A stretch of DNA of 27,491 nucleotides, taken from IMG/VR virus record IMGVR_UViG_3300017743_000090, positions 1 through 27,491 of that record; one strand, written 5' to 3'. Numbering within the stretch: position 1 is the stretch's first letter; each line of letters opens with the position of its first letter. The notes below the pieces were generated by a model. That model had not been told where the DNA came from, ran no database searches, and saw only the letters and a list, made by a program, of their open reading frames with translations. A program made the position numbers and the translations under genes. The stretch comes from a virus (lineage: Duplodnaviria > Caudoviricetes). Positions 16,274 to 25,227 of this stretch are shown one piece after another.

Positions 16274-17524
16274 TTACTTAATTCCAGCTAATTTTTGCCA
16301 TCTAGAAACCTGAGAATTAACTTCCATAATAGGTTTCTTTTGAGCTACACCAGCTGATTTTGAAGCTCTACCTAGATTTTCTTTAACTACTGATTTTTTA
16401 GTGGTTGCTAAATTATCAGAAATTGTTTCAAATACTAGTTTAACTTCTTTAACTGTTTGAGCTTTATCAAATGCACTAAGTACTTTTGTTTTTTGGCTCT
16501 CAGTTAAATTTTTAGAACGGAAGATTTTGTTAGTATAGAGAAGTTTAGAGTTCAATAAATTAATTTCATTTAATTCACTTCTTAAAGTTTTAACAGTAGC
16601 ATAAGCTTCTTTTAATTCTTCTTTAGTTTCATAAAGATCTTCATCCATTTCATCTTTAGCTTCATCCATTTTAGAATCACCGGCATATTTTCTTTTACCG
16701 TCAGCTTTTTCCATGTTTTCAGAATCAGCTCTTCTTTGAGCCATATCTTGTTTCTTTTTACCATGTTTAGCACCTTCAGCATCATCTAATCTGTCGTTGT
16801 ACCCTTGTTTTTCTTCAACTTCTTCTTTTTCTTCAGTGATTTCAACGTCGTCTTCAACGTTAATATCTACTTCTTCTTCGTCATCAACATCCATTTCCTC
16901 ACCAGCTTCTAATTCACCAGCTTTGACCATGTCTGCGATTACGTCTTCGATGAAATCTTTAAGGTCGTCTTCTGACATATCTTCTAGATCAATTTCTTCA
17001 TCTTCGTCTTTGTCTTCTTCGTCCTCTTTTTCGTCTTTCATACCATCCAAATAGCCTTCTTCTTCAGCATCAGTACGTTCGTCCTCTTTCAAGTCCTCTT
17101 TTTCGTCTTTCATACCATCCAAATAGCCTTCTTCTTCAGCATCTGTACGAGCGTTTTCATCTAACTCTTTTTCTAGTTCCGATAAAATTTCGTCTAAGTC
17201 CATTTCTTCATCCATTTCCTCTTTGTCACCTTCTTCCATGCTACGCATGTATTCAGTTTCACGTTCTGGTTCATCATCACCTTTAAGGCCATGACGCATT
17301 ACAGGATTAGAAAGTTCTTCGACAGCATCTTTACCGTAACCTTCTTCTACTTCAGCTTCAGCACCTTCATCCATATCATCCATCTCTTGTAGCTTTGCAG
17401 CAAACATAGATTTTAGTTGTGGGTTGAATGCTTCTTCTAAAGCAGCTTTTGCGTTTGCGATAGCCATTTCTTTAACAGCTTTTGCATCAGCGATTGCTTC
17501 TTTAAACATTTCTCTGTTGTTCAT
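16274..17524 (-). CDS. gp22: Prohead scaffolding/core protein, T4 gp22-like
   Basis: Highly acidic and helical; lies between protease and capsid genes; C-terminus RWQKLAGIK. Confidence 0.8.
   Translation of the reverse strand: MNNREMFKEAIADAKAVKEMAIANAKAALEEAFNPQLKSMFAAKLQEMDDMDEGAEAEVEEGYGKDAVEELSNPVMRHGLKGDDEPERETEYMRSMEEGDKEEMDEEMDLDEILSELEKELDENARTDAEEEGYLDGMKDEKEDLKEDERTDAEEEGYLDGMKDEKEDEEDKDEDEEIDLEDMSEDDLKDFIEDVIADMVKAGELEAGEEMDVDDEEEVDINVEDDVEITEEKEEVEEKQGYNDRLDDAEGAKHGKKKQDMAQRRADSENMEKADGKRKYAGDSKMDEAKDEMDEDLYETKEELKEAYATVKTLRSELNEINLLNSKLLYTNKIFRSKNLTESQKTKVLSAFDKAQTVKEVKLVFETISDNLATTKKSVVKENLGRASKSAGVAQKKPIMEVNSQVSRWQKLAGIK
17021..17149. repeat. Direct repeat of 57 nt (72-nt period, 1 mismatch) inside the scaffold gene
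   Basis: 17021-17077 versus 17093-17149; encodes RTDAEEEGYLDGMKDEKED twice. Confidence 0.95.
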
Positions 17525-17553
17525 TTTTCCAAAAAATTTAATTGTTTGTGGAG

Positions 17554-17621
17554 TACGATTATTAGGAATCGTAATTTAGATTAATTTAAGTGAATACCAT
17601 ATGAGATGGTATATTGTTCAC
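17554..17621 (-). promoter_or_regulatory. Two stem-loops in the 5' leader of the scaffold-capsid operon
   Basis: TACGATT-attagg-AATCGTA (17554-17573) and ATACCAT-atgag-ATGGTAT (17594-17612), the latter extendable by GTGAA/TTCAC (17590-17621). Confidence 0.5.
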
Positions 17622-17628
17622 GTATAAT

Positions 17629-17638
17629 GATACATATA
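17629..17638 (-). promoter_or_regulatory. Putative late promoter motif variant TATATGTATC
   Basis: Between the protease terminator and the scaffold leader; about 105 nt upstream of ATG 17524. Confidence 0.5.
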
Positions 17639-17662
17639 TGAAAATATTTTAAAGTCGCAAAG

Positions 17663-17690
17663 AAAAAAAAAAGCCCGCTTTCGCGGGCTT
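17663..17690 (-). terminator. Intrinsic terminator after the prohead protease gene
   Basis: Minus strand AAGCCCGC-GAAA-GCGGGCTT followed by a long T run. Confidence 0.92.
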
Positions 17691-17719
17691 AACCAAAGGA
17701 ATGAAATCCTAAGGGGGGG

Positions 17720-18325
17720 TTATATAATCGGGCACTGCCCGTTGGAGCAAAGTATTTCTGTTATAATAGAATTAACTTTAGAATATTTATTTTGTGAAGT
17801 AAAATCTAAACCTTCTTTAATTAAATGCATAAATGAATCTGGATTAGAAGGTGTTGAAACAAAATCCCAACATAATAATTCAAAATCGTCTTGTACTTCT
17901 AATATACCACCTTTATCTTCTAATGAACCCATACCACGAGAAGATACACCTACTGTAATACCACTTTCAACTAATGCTTTAAGTATATTACCCGCTGGGG
18001 TAGGTAAGATTTCAATTTTACCCATTACATTATCTCCATCCCACCACATATCAGCTATATTGTGAGATACATTTTGTAAATTAATTACTGTAGAATCTGG
18101 GTGGTCTAATTCACCCATAGCTCTATGTTCTTTAACTAGGTTTTGGTATTTATCTATTTCGCGCTCCCATAAACCTTTTGAGTAATAACGACCATTACCA
18201 TTTTTAACTTCAGCCGTCGCTAAAATACCTTCAACTAAAGGTAAGCCTCTTTCTGATGTTTTTCCTTCAGAAAGCATTATACCTTTAGGTTTAAAAAGTT
18301 GAGTTTCTACTAATAATTTACTCAT
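17720..18325 (-). CDS. gp21: Prohead maturation protease, T4 gp21-like
   Basis: KNGNGRYY, GELDHP, GVSSRGMGS and WDFVSTPS catalytic motifs. Confidence 0.95.
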   Translation of the reverse strand: MSKLLVETQLFKPKGIMLSEGKTSERGLPLVEGILATAEVKNGNGRYYSKGLWEREIDKYQNLVKEHRAMGELDHPDSTVINLQNVSHNIADMWWDGDNVMGKIEILPTPAGNILKALVESGITVGVSSRGMGSLEDKGGILEVQDDFELLCWDFVSTPSNPDSFMHLIKEGLDFTSQNKYSKVNSIITEILCSNGQCPII

Positions 18326-18337
18326 AGATCTGATATT

Positions 18338-19381
18338 TTATTTATTTAAAGATAAATCTGGGGCTACATCCATACCTGTGCCATTCTTTAAATCCCAAGA
18401 AGTAGCATCCATTTCATCTATTACTTCTTCTTTAGTATAAGATTTACCACACATTTTTTCGTAAAGTTTTTCCATTTTAGCCTTTCTTTTTTCAAGGTCT
18501 TTAACTTCACGTTGCATTAATTTCATTTTCTTTTTATCTACTAATTCAGATAAACTATCATCTTCAGTAACCATTGAAATTCTTTCTTTTTTACTTTCAA
18601 TAATTTCATCTAAAGCTTCAATTTGCATTTCCAATGTAGTAACTTTACCTGCTTTTTCAATTTCAGATAATTTAGATTCAATTGATTCTTTTTTAGCTTT
18701 TTTAGGTTTTTTACCTTCTTCGTTTTCGTTAATAAGATTTAATAATGAGATCATTTTATTTTCTTTTAATTCAATATATCCTGTTGCTACTTCACCTTCA
18801 GGAAAATCTTTTTTAGTAGCATCACCATATCCACTTCCATCTTTAGATTTAACTTCTTTAGGTACTAAAGCTACAGCATCTTCAGTATAACCAGCTTCAA
18901 CCCCAAACATTCCATTTTTAGTATAGTAAATTGGATCTTTTTCTAAATTTTTCTGTACTATCTTTTTAATATCTTCTAAATCTTTTTCTGGTGCTTGTTT
19001 TGCTTCAAAATATACACCATTTTGGAATTGGTCGAAAATTAAATTATTTTGATTATCTTTATCAGCTGTATCATATCCGTGAGATGCATCTTCTTCTACT
19101 TCTTTAGATACTTTCTTTTCTACAGCTTTAGCTTCTTCAGATAAAAATGAAGAAAATGCATTTTCAAATCCTTGTTTAGGAGTAGAAATATTATTAATAG
19201 GTTGCAAATCTACATAATTTTCTGAAATGATGCCTCTTCTTTTAAGTTCATTTGTAGCTTCATCAAAATTAGCAATTTTTCTAATTCCGTTAGGGAACAT
19301 TCTTTTTGCTTCTTTTAAAAAGACATCTTTATGTCCTTTTCCTTCTTTAATAAGGTTATATTGAGTTTGTAATGTTTTCAT
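18338..19381 (-). CDS. Putative head core/internal protein (347 aa) with a DUF5661-like segment
   Basis: Lys/Glu-rich, between portal and protease. The segment NGVYFE...IKKIVQKNLEKDPIYYTK resembles the DUF5661 motif (recalled, not searched). Many [LI]-x-E sites. Confidence 0.55.
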   Translation of the reverse strand: MKTLQTQYNLIKEGKGHKDVFLKEAKRMFPNGIRKIANFDEATNELKRRGIISENYVDLQPINNISTPKQGFENAFSSFLSEEAKAVEKKVSKEVEEDASHGYDTADKDNQNNLIFDQFQNGVYFEAKQAPEKDLEDIKKIVQKNLEKDPIYYTKNGMFGVEAGYTEDAVALVPKEVKSKDGSGYGDATKKDFPEGEVATGYIELKENKMISLLNLINENEEGKKPKKAKKESIESKLSEIEKAGKVTTLEMQIEALDEIIESKKERISMVTEDDSLSELVDKKKMKLMQREVKDLEKRKAKMEKLYEKMCGKSYTKEEVIDEMDATSWDLKNGTGMDVAPDLSLNK

Positions 19382-20268
19382 TCTTCTGTTTTTAAAATAC
19401 TTATAATATCATTTAAATAATCAACGATTAAATCTGTTCCATATACTACTGCATATGATTTTGGGTTTTTTATATAATAATCTTCTGTTTCTTTTTTAGC
19501 GTCTTTAAGTAAAGGTTGAATTTGACCTAATAAATCTCCTATACGATCAAACCCTTCCATTCGTTTATGGTGGAAATCCTTTACAGATTGTCCTTCTTCT
19601 TCTTTAAATAAATTTTTAACTTCTAATCCAGAACCTTTCTGAACATAGTTTCCATTTCTATCTTTAGGTACTAATTTATACTTAAATGCTTTTACGTAAT
19701 AATTATCTTTAACTCCATCCTCAGATGCTTTAGGGCCTGGACCTAAATCAGCACCTATTCCTTCTTTAACTTCTTTATATCCTAATTCTTTATAAGCTTC
19801 ATCATTTGGTTTAGACCCTTTTAATCTAAAAGCATATGGTGTTAAATAAGATCCTCCAGCTGCTGAGGTAGACATTTCTTCTAATTGTCTTTTAATTTCT
19901 TCATATTGGTCAGGATAGTTTTTTCTTAAATGTGATCTATATTGATTAAACACATCTTTTAAACTACGAGCAACATCTCTAATATTTTGATCTTTTTCTG
20001 CCTCATCAGTAGTCATTAATATTTTTAATGCTTTAACGGCACTAGACATTTTTTCTAATGAATCACCAAATGAAGCTAACTTAATTATTTTATGTTGGAC
20101 AGAATTTGTTTCTGGGTTTATTTCATCTGTTTTGAAATAAGTATCTAAATTAGCAGAAAAGAAATCATTTTTCATATCCACAGGACCATAAGCTGTTTCT
20201 AACCTTTTAATTAAAGAAGGTTTTACATCTTTAGGTTTTAAAATATTTGAAGTATCTATATCAGCCAT
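19378..20268 (-). CDS. Putative head core/internal protein (296 aa)
   Basis: Overlaps both neighbours; lies in the head module; contains LEE-MSTS...TPYAF and VKE sites. Confidence 0.55.
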   Translation of the reverse strand: MADIDTSNILKPKDVKPSLIKRLETAYGPVDMKNDFFSANLDTYFKTDEINPETNSVQHKIIKLASFGDSLEKMSSAVKALKILMTTDEAEKDQNIRDVARSLKDVFNQYRSHLRKNYPDQYEEIKRQLEEMSTSAAGGSYLTPYAFRLKGSKPNDEAYKELGYKEVKEGIGADLGPGPKASEDGVKDNYYVKAFKYKLVPKDRNGNYVQKGSGLEVKNLFKEEEGQSVKDFHHKRMEGFDRIGDLLGQIQPLLKDAKKETEDYYIKNPKSYAVVYGTDLIVDYLNDIISILKTEE

Positions 20269-21118
20269 TTGTTTTTTGTAATTCTTCTACTAATGAATAA
20301 TATTGTAACAAATTAACTAAATGATTATCATTTATTTTTGAATTTTTATCAGCTTCAGTAATGATATTTATAGTTTCTTTTAATTTAATTTGAACCGCAG
20401 CATCTTTAACACTTTTATTTAATTTAGTAAGTGTAGATTTAATTTCATTAATTTTAGAATTATAAAATTCCCTTAATGCTGGGTTTGAATCGACTGATTC
20501 AATAAATTCTTTAAGAACTGTTTTTTGGTTTGAATTTAATTTATCATATTTACCATTAAATTTTTCTAAAATTACACGGTAAGTTAACATACGAAGATCT
20601 TTATCGTAATTTTTAAATTCTTCTATAAGATTATCTTCAACTTGTTTTTTATTTATAGATTTAGATGTAAGATGTTCTAATAAAGTAACTTTATGATCTA
20701 TAATTGTTGTAGGATTTGTTAATTTTTCATTATTATAAATTTCCATTAACAAATATAATGAAGCTTGAACTTTATAATGTGGGAGTTTAGTTTTAAAAAA
20801 CTCATTTAAATTATAATGTTTTTTTATTTCATTAATTAAATTATATTTTTCTCTTTTTAGGGAAGATTTATTTAATTTTTTAGCTGATTCTAAAATTGTA
20901 TTAACTACTAGATCAGCTTTTCCTTCTGTTAAACCAACTTTTTTGAATAAAATTTCATAAAGTCTATATTCTTTAGATAATTCAGATTTTACAAAATATT
21001 TTTTCATAATCCCTGTTGCGGGTGATGATTTTCCAGATAAAGTATCTGATGTAATTTGTCTAACTAGTAGTTCAAATAAAATACCAGTATTTTTATATTT
21101 TGAATGTTTAAATTTCAT
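20261..21118 (-). CDS. Hypothetical helical head-assembly protein (285 aa)
   Basis: Directly follows the portal and has its own upstream motif; function inferred from position only. Confidence 0.6.
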   Translation of the reverse strand: MKFKHSKYKNTGILFELLVRQITSDTLSGKSSPATGIMKKYFVKSELSKEYRLYEILFKKVGLTEGKADLVVNTILESAKKLNKSSLKREKYNLINEIKKHYNLNEFFKTKLPHYKVQASLYLLMEIYNNEKLTNPTTIIDHKVTLLEHLTSKSINKKQVEDNLIEEFKNYDKDLRMLTYRVILEKFNGKYDKLNSNQKTVLKEFIESVDSNPALREFYNSKINEIKSTLTKLNKSVKDAAVQIKLKETINIITEADKNSKINDNHLVNLLQYYSLVEELQKTNG

Positions 21119-21136
21119 TCCTTAAGAGGGTTTGAT

Positions 21137-21146
21137 TATAAATATA
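21137..21146 (-). promoter_or_regulatory. Putative late promoter motif TATATTTATA
   Basis: About 19 nt upstream of ATG 21118. Confidence 0.6.
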
Positions 21147-21152
21147 TAGAGA

Positions 21153-23033
21153 TTATTGTTCCTTAATATTAGATTCATCAAGGAGCGAATCTCCTTTATT
21201 ATCATTTTCAAATACTAACTTTTTAGTATTTATAGGAATTTTACTTAATAATGTTTCTAACGCAAGAGGAGATTTTCCTTTATAAGATGATTTAGGTTCA
21301 TTTGGGTCATTTTTCATTCCTTTAGCACCTAATCTATCTTTCCCAAAAGCACTATCTTGGGTATTACGATTTGACACTTTTTCTTTTGGACGACCTAATT
21401 TAGGATCAATAGTACCTTGATCATAACCATCAGGAACATTTGTTGGATCCGAATCATATCTACCTTTCCCATATAATGAAGCTAAATCATGTGGAGTACC
21501 ATACGATTTACCAGTTTCAACTGGATCATTACCTTCAGCTTCAATTTGAGCTAATCTAAATCTACGTTTAGCATCTTCACTAATAAGATCTCTGTATTCA
21601 TCATACTCATTTTCACTAAATCTAAAGATATTATCATAAATCCAATCTGTAGGGAGTAATTTAGTTTCTATCATTTGAGCAGCTAAATCTACTTTTTCTT
21701 TCATTAATGCTATACGTTCTTGATCGTATATAATTGATGGAGTAGTTAAAGTTAATTCAAAATTTGATAATTGTTCTCCTGTATATCCTTGAGTATATAA
21801 ATGTACTGTTGCTATTTTATATAATTCTGATGTTACAATTCTTTGGATTCTATCAATTGTACGACCAAAACGAATATCTTCAGCTGCTAATGTAGCTTTA
21901 CCTTCTGTTGTTTCATCATACCCTAAAAATGCTTTAGGTACTTTTAATGCCGCAAATAATTTATCTCTTAAATACTCAACATCAGCAATACCATCATAAT
22001 CTAAACCTTTTGTAGTATCAATTTTAGTAGCAGAATCATTACCTCTAACTGGGATGAAGAAATCCTCCATCATATTCTGCATATTATATTTTAGGTTATA
22101 ATCACCTGTTTGTTCATCAATATATGGAGCACGTTTCATTTTAGAAACTGTTTTTTCCATAAATGCATCTACTTCGTTTGGTGGAATACCCCCAACATTG
22201 ATATAGTAAATACGTTTTTCAGGTGCGCGAACGATTCTATGTACTAACATAGCATCCTCCATTAATGAATATTGTTTATATAATTTACGAGCTGGTTCAA
22301 TATATGATCTACCATAAGGTAAATAATTAGCATCTGCTAATAAACGGAAATGAGCCATTTCATAATTATCAAAATAAATATAATTACCATTTTCTGTATC
22401 TAAACCAACTACAGTACCATATCCTCCATAAGTACCACCAGCACCTTGGCCATTTGGGTCATATTGGAAAACTATTTGACTTGGATTATCTGGATCAGAT
22501 CCTTCTATTCTTGATATATTATAAGCTGTATAAGGAATAACATTATAAACACCATACTTTTCAGCAATTTCTAATTTAAGGAAAAAATCACCATATTTAC
22601 ACATTTGGCGAACCCACATCCATAAATTAAATTCAATATTAAGAACATCGTAAAATAAATTATATAATACTTTTTGGATATCTTCATCAGGTGATTTAAT
22701 ACTTAATACCTCACCCATATCATCTTTTAAGGTGCTTTCATCAGCAATAATATCAAGAGCTGAAGCTACAATAGCATCAGTATCCATAGCTTCATAATCC
22801 CCATACAATTCAACTCTCATTGTTTGATAGTTAAATGCTAAATTATTATAGGGATATTGACTTGTAGTATATAGTCTAGCAAATCTATCTGTAAGAGCAT
22901 TAGTTTCAAGCTCACCAGCTTGCTGGATTGAGTTTGTATCAATTACTTTTAATTGATTACCTCCTACATTACGAATAATAACATCCGTAGAGAATAATCT
23001 TTTTAATCTTGTAAATACACTTTTATCAGCCAT
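21153..23033 (-). CDS. gp20: Portal protein, T4 gp20-like
   Basis: MEDAMLVHRIVRAPEKRIYYINVG, MMEDFFIPVRG, YLRDKLFAALKVP. Confidence 0.96.
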   Translation of the reverse strand: MADKSVFTRLKRLFSTDVIIRNVGGNQLKVIDTNSIQQAGELETNALTDRFARLYTTSQYPYNNLAFNYQTMRVELYGDYEAMDTDAIVASALDIIADESTLKDDMGEVLSIKSPDEDIQKVLYNLFYDVLNIEFNLWMWVRQMCKYGDFFLKLEIAEKYGVYNVIPYTAYNISRIEGSDPDNPSQIVFQYDPNGQGAGGTYGGYGTVVGLDTENGNYIYFDNYEMAHFRLLADANYLPYGRSYIEPARKLYKQYSLMEDAMLVHRIVRAPEKRIYYINVGGIPPNEVDAFMEKTVSKMKRAPYIDEQTGDYNLKYNMQNMMEDFFIPVRGNDSATKIDTTKGLDYDGIADVEYLRDKLFAALKVPKAFLGYDETTEGKATLAAEDIRFGRTIDRIQRIVTSELYKIATVHLYTQGYTGEQLSNFELTLTTPSIIYDQERIALMKEKVDLAAQMIETKLLPTDWIYDNIFRFSENEYDEYRDLISEDAKRRFRLAQIEAEGNDPVETGKSYGTPHDLASLYGKGRYDSDPTNVPDGYDQGTIDPKLGRPKEKVSNRNTQDSAFGKDRLGAKGMKNDPNEPKSSYKGKSPLALETLLSKIPINTKKLVFENDNKGDSLLDESNIKEQ

Positions 23034-23051
23034 TTTTTATTATATTATTGT

Positions 23052-23061
23052 TATAAATATT
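23052..23061 (-). promoter_or_regulatory. Putative late promoter motif AATATTTATA
   Basis: Overlaps the terminase stop codon; about 19 nt upstream of the portal ATG. Confidence 0.6.
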
Positions 23062-24637
23062 ACTTAAGAAGCCAACTAATGTCTTCTTTTCCCCCATATG
23101 GGTTATCTATTTTATAAGGGTTTTCTACACTATTTCTAGAATATACACCTGTATAAGCGGTTGTTGATTTATTCATTGCATTTAAAGATGCTTTAGTTAA
23201 ATCTATACCTTGTTGTCTAAATTTAAAAGCAGTATCACGCATAAACATAGCAATAGAGAATGACATAACCAAGTCATCATTATAACCAATTTGAGCTTCT
23301 GCTCTACCATTTTTCCAAATAAAGACTTTCATTTCATCTATTAATCTTTTTGATTGGATAGTAACTCCTTTATCACTAATGTATTCTTGAAACTTACCAA
23401 TTGTCATTGGTCTTGTCCTTGATGACATAGTAAACCCTGCAGTCATTTTACTTGTATCCATATATTGGTCAAAATACGAATCAGCTGTTATGTTTCCACT
23501 CTTAGGTGAATAATAAAGGTTTGGGTAATTATTTTCTATTAATACTTGTAAAGTAGCCCAACCAATATTAGCATTTTCAACTACCATTAAAGCATTATTA
23601 TATTCAACACCAATTCTATAAAGTAATTCACCATATTCTTTAGTGCCAATTTGACCCTTATACTCAACTACTTGAACATTATTTTCAACATCTATAATAT
23701 GGAATGCAGAATAATCTTTCCCATCACCTCGAGCTACATCTGCTACAACCATATAAGTTCTAGAATAATCAGCTGGTTCCCAGATCCATAAATTTTGGTC
23801 TACTCCTCTTCTTTCTAATGGGTCTTTAATGTATGTTTTTTCATAAAAATCTATATACTCAGGATAAAATACAATATCTCCTGAAGTACTAAAATCACAA
23901 TCACACTCTTGTGCTGCCATTCTAGGATCACCTAATAATTCATCTTGAGAATCCCTCCAATCCTGGTCACGTTCAGGATGAACAAACCAAGGTAATTTAA
24001 TAGGTAAAAATTGGTTTTCACCATTTTCAGCTCTAACCCATGTTTGATGAAACCAATTACCTGTACCATAAGGAGTAGATAATGCTATACACCCACCACC
24101 AGTAGCAAGTGTTTGTTGAGCTGAAGCCCAAATCTCACCAATATTATCAATAAATGCTGCCTCATCAATTAATAAGAGAGAAACGGCTTCTGATCTACCA
24201 GCATCACTACTTGCAGATGTTGCTTTAATTTGGGAGCCATTATTTAATCTTAATGTTAATTTGTTATTTTCATCTGCATCTACTTTAAGCCAAGAAGGTA
24301 AATTTTCATACATGAATTTAACCTTTGTAACCATATTTTTGGCTGTTTCTTGCTTTGTTGCAATACAAAGAATATTTTTATCTTTATGGAACAACATTAG
24401 CCATAAAGAATATCCAGCACCTAGAGTAGAAATACCTAACTGTCTGGATTTTAGTACTACGTTATAAGGGTTTTCTTGGAATAATTTTAATACTTTTTCC
24501 TGAAATGGATATAAATTAAATTGAATTCTACCTCTTTGGGGATGCTGAATAAAACAATACTTTTTCATAAAATGAACTGGGTCTTTAGCACATTTTAAAT
24601 ATTCTTGTCTTATAATATGTTTTAAATCATCAGCCAT
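23060..24637 (-). CDS. terL: Terminase large subunit, T4 gp17-like
   Basis: LYPFQ, LKSRQLGIST (Walker A variant), LLLIDEAAFI (Walker B), STPYG, and nuclease motifs ADVARGDGKDYS and DDLVMS. Confidence 0.96.
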   Translation of the reverse strand: MADDLKHIIRQEYLKCAKDPVHFMKKYCFIQHPQRGRIQFNLYPFQEKVLKLFQENPYNVVLKSRQLGISTLGAGYSLWLMLFHKDKNILCIATKQETAKNMVTKVKFMYENLPSWLKVDADENNKLTLRLNNGSQIKATSASSDAGRSEAVSLLLIDEAAFIDNIGEIWASAQQTLATGGGCIALSTPYGTGNWFHQTWVRAENGENQFLPIKLPWFVHPERDQDWRDSQDELLGDPRMAAQECDCDFSTSGDIVFYPEYIDFYEKTYIKDPLERRGVDQNLWIWEPADYSRTYMVVADVARGDGKDYSAFHIIDVENNVQVVEYKGQIGTKEYGELLYRIGVEYNNALMVVENANIGWATLQVLIENNYPNLYYSPKSGNITADSYFDQYMDTSKMTAGFTMSSRTRPMTIGKFQEYISDKGVTIQSKRLIDEMKVFIWKNGRAEAQIGYNDDLVMSFSIAMFMRDTAFKFRQQGIDLTKASLNAMNKSTTAYTGVYSRNSVENPYKIDNPYGGKEDISWLLK

Positions 24638-25227
24638 TATTTACTAAGTTTCCAGTGCATACTGAATCCTAAAACAGGTTGAAAGTCTTGGTTTACACCT
24701 ATTCCAACACCATATACCTGTTTATTTTTTGTTTTATATAATAATTCCCCTCCTAAATAATTTATTTGATCAGTTCTACCTTTTAAACCAACCCCCACAT
24801 AAAACTCTCTATTATTAATATAAACAGTATTAGTTACTGTAGTAGTAGGTATTAATACATTAGGTTGAATTTCTCTAAATAATATAGAATTTCTACTTAT
24901 AGTATCATTTATAACAATGTTTCCTAATGAATCTAAACTTAAGGTATCTGTATAAAAGTATTTAGCATAATAATCTTTTAATATACCTAATGTATCAATG
25001 TCAGCAGGAATAGTATCATGTATTGTGGTGATTTTAGTTCTCCACTTAGGAACATACACTAAACTATCAATTTTTAACGTATCCCATTTAGTTACAGTTT
25101 CAGTAATAATAGTAGGTTCTGCTATGTCAGTACCATTTTTACCCCCACTACAAGCCCTCATAAGAAGAATAATTGCAACCAATACTACTATAAGTAGTGT
25201 TTTAATATCTTTAAAGGTTTCTTTCAA
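24637..25227 (-). CDS. Membrane-anchored/lipoprotein with C-terminal amphipathic beta-strands (possible spanin-like envelope protein)
   Basis: TTG start; hydrophobic helix LLIVVLVAIILL followed by MRAC (Cys26); seven D-[ST]-[LI] motifs; C-terminal strands FYVGVGL, YLGGELLY, VYGVGIGV, LGFSMHWKL. Confidence 0.6.
   Translation of the reverse strand: MKETFKDIKTLLIVVLVAIILLMRACSGGKNGTDIAEPTIITETVTKWDTLKIDSLVYVPKWRTKITTIHDTIPADIDTLGILKDYYAKYFYTDTLSLDSLGNIVINDTISRNSILFREIQPNVLIPTTTVTNTVYINNREFYVGVGLKGRTDQINYLGGELLYKTKNKQVYGVGIGVNQDFQPVLGFSMHWKLSK

Noticed and set aside
17691-17721. G7 tract and weak AGGA/TCCT stem after the protease stop
   Set aside because: Lies in a 3' UTR before the terminator; the stem is weak and there is no evidence for phase variation or a defined RNA.
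14620-24637. Introns, inteins or homing endonucleases in terminase, portal or capsid
   Set aside because: All are uninterrupted, of normal size, and show no intein or endonuclease motifs.
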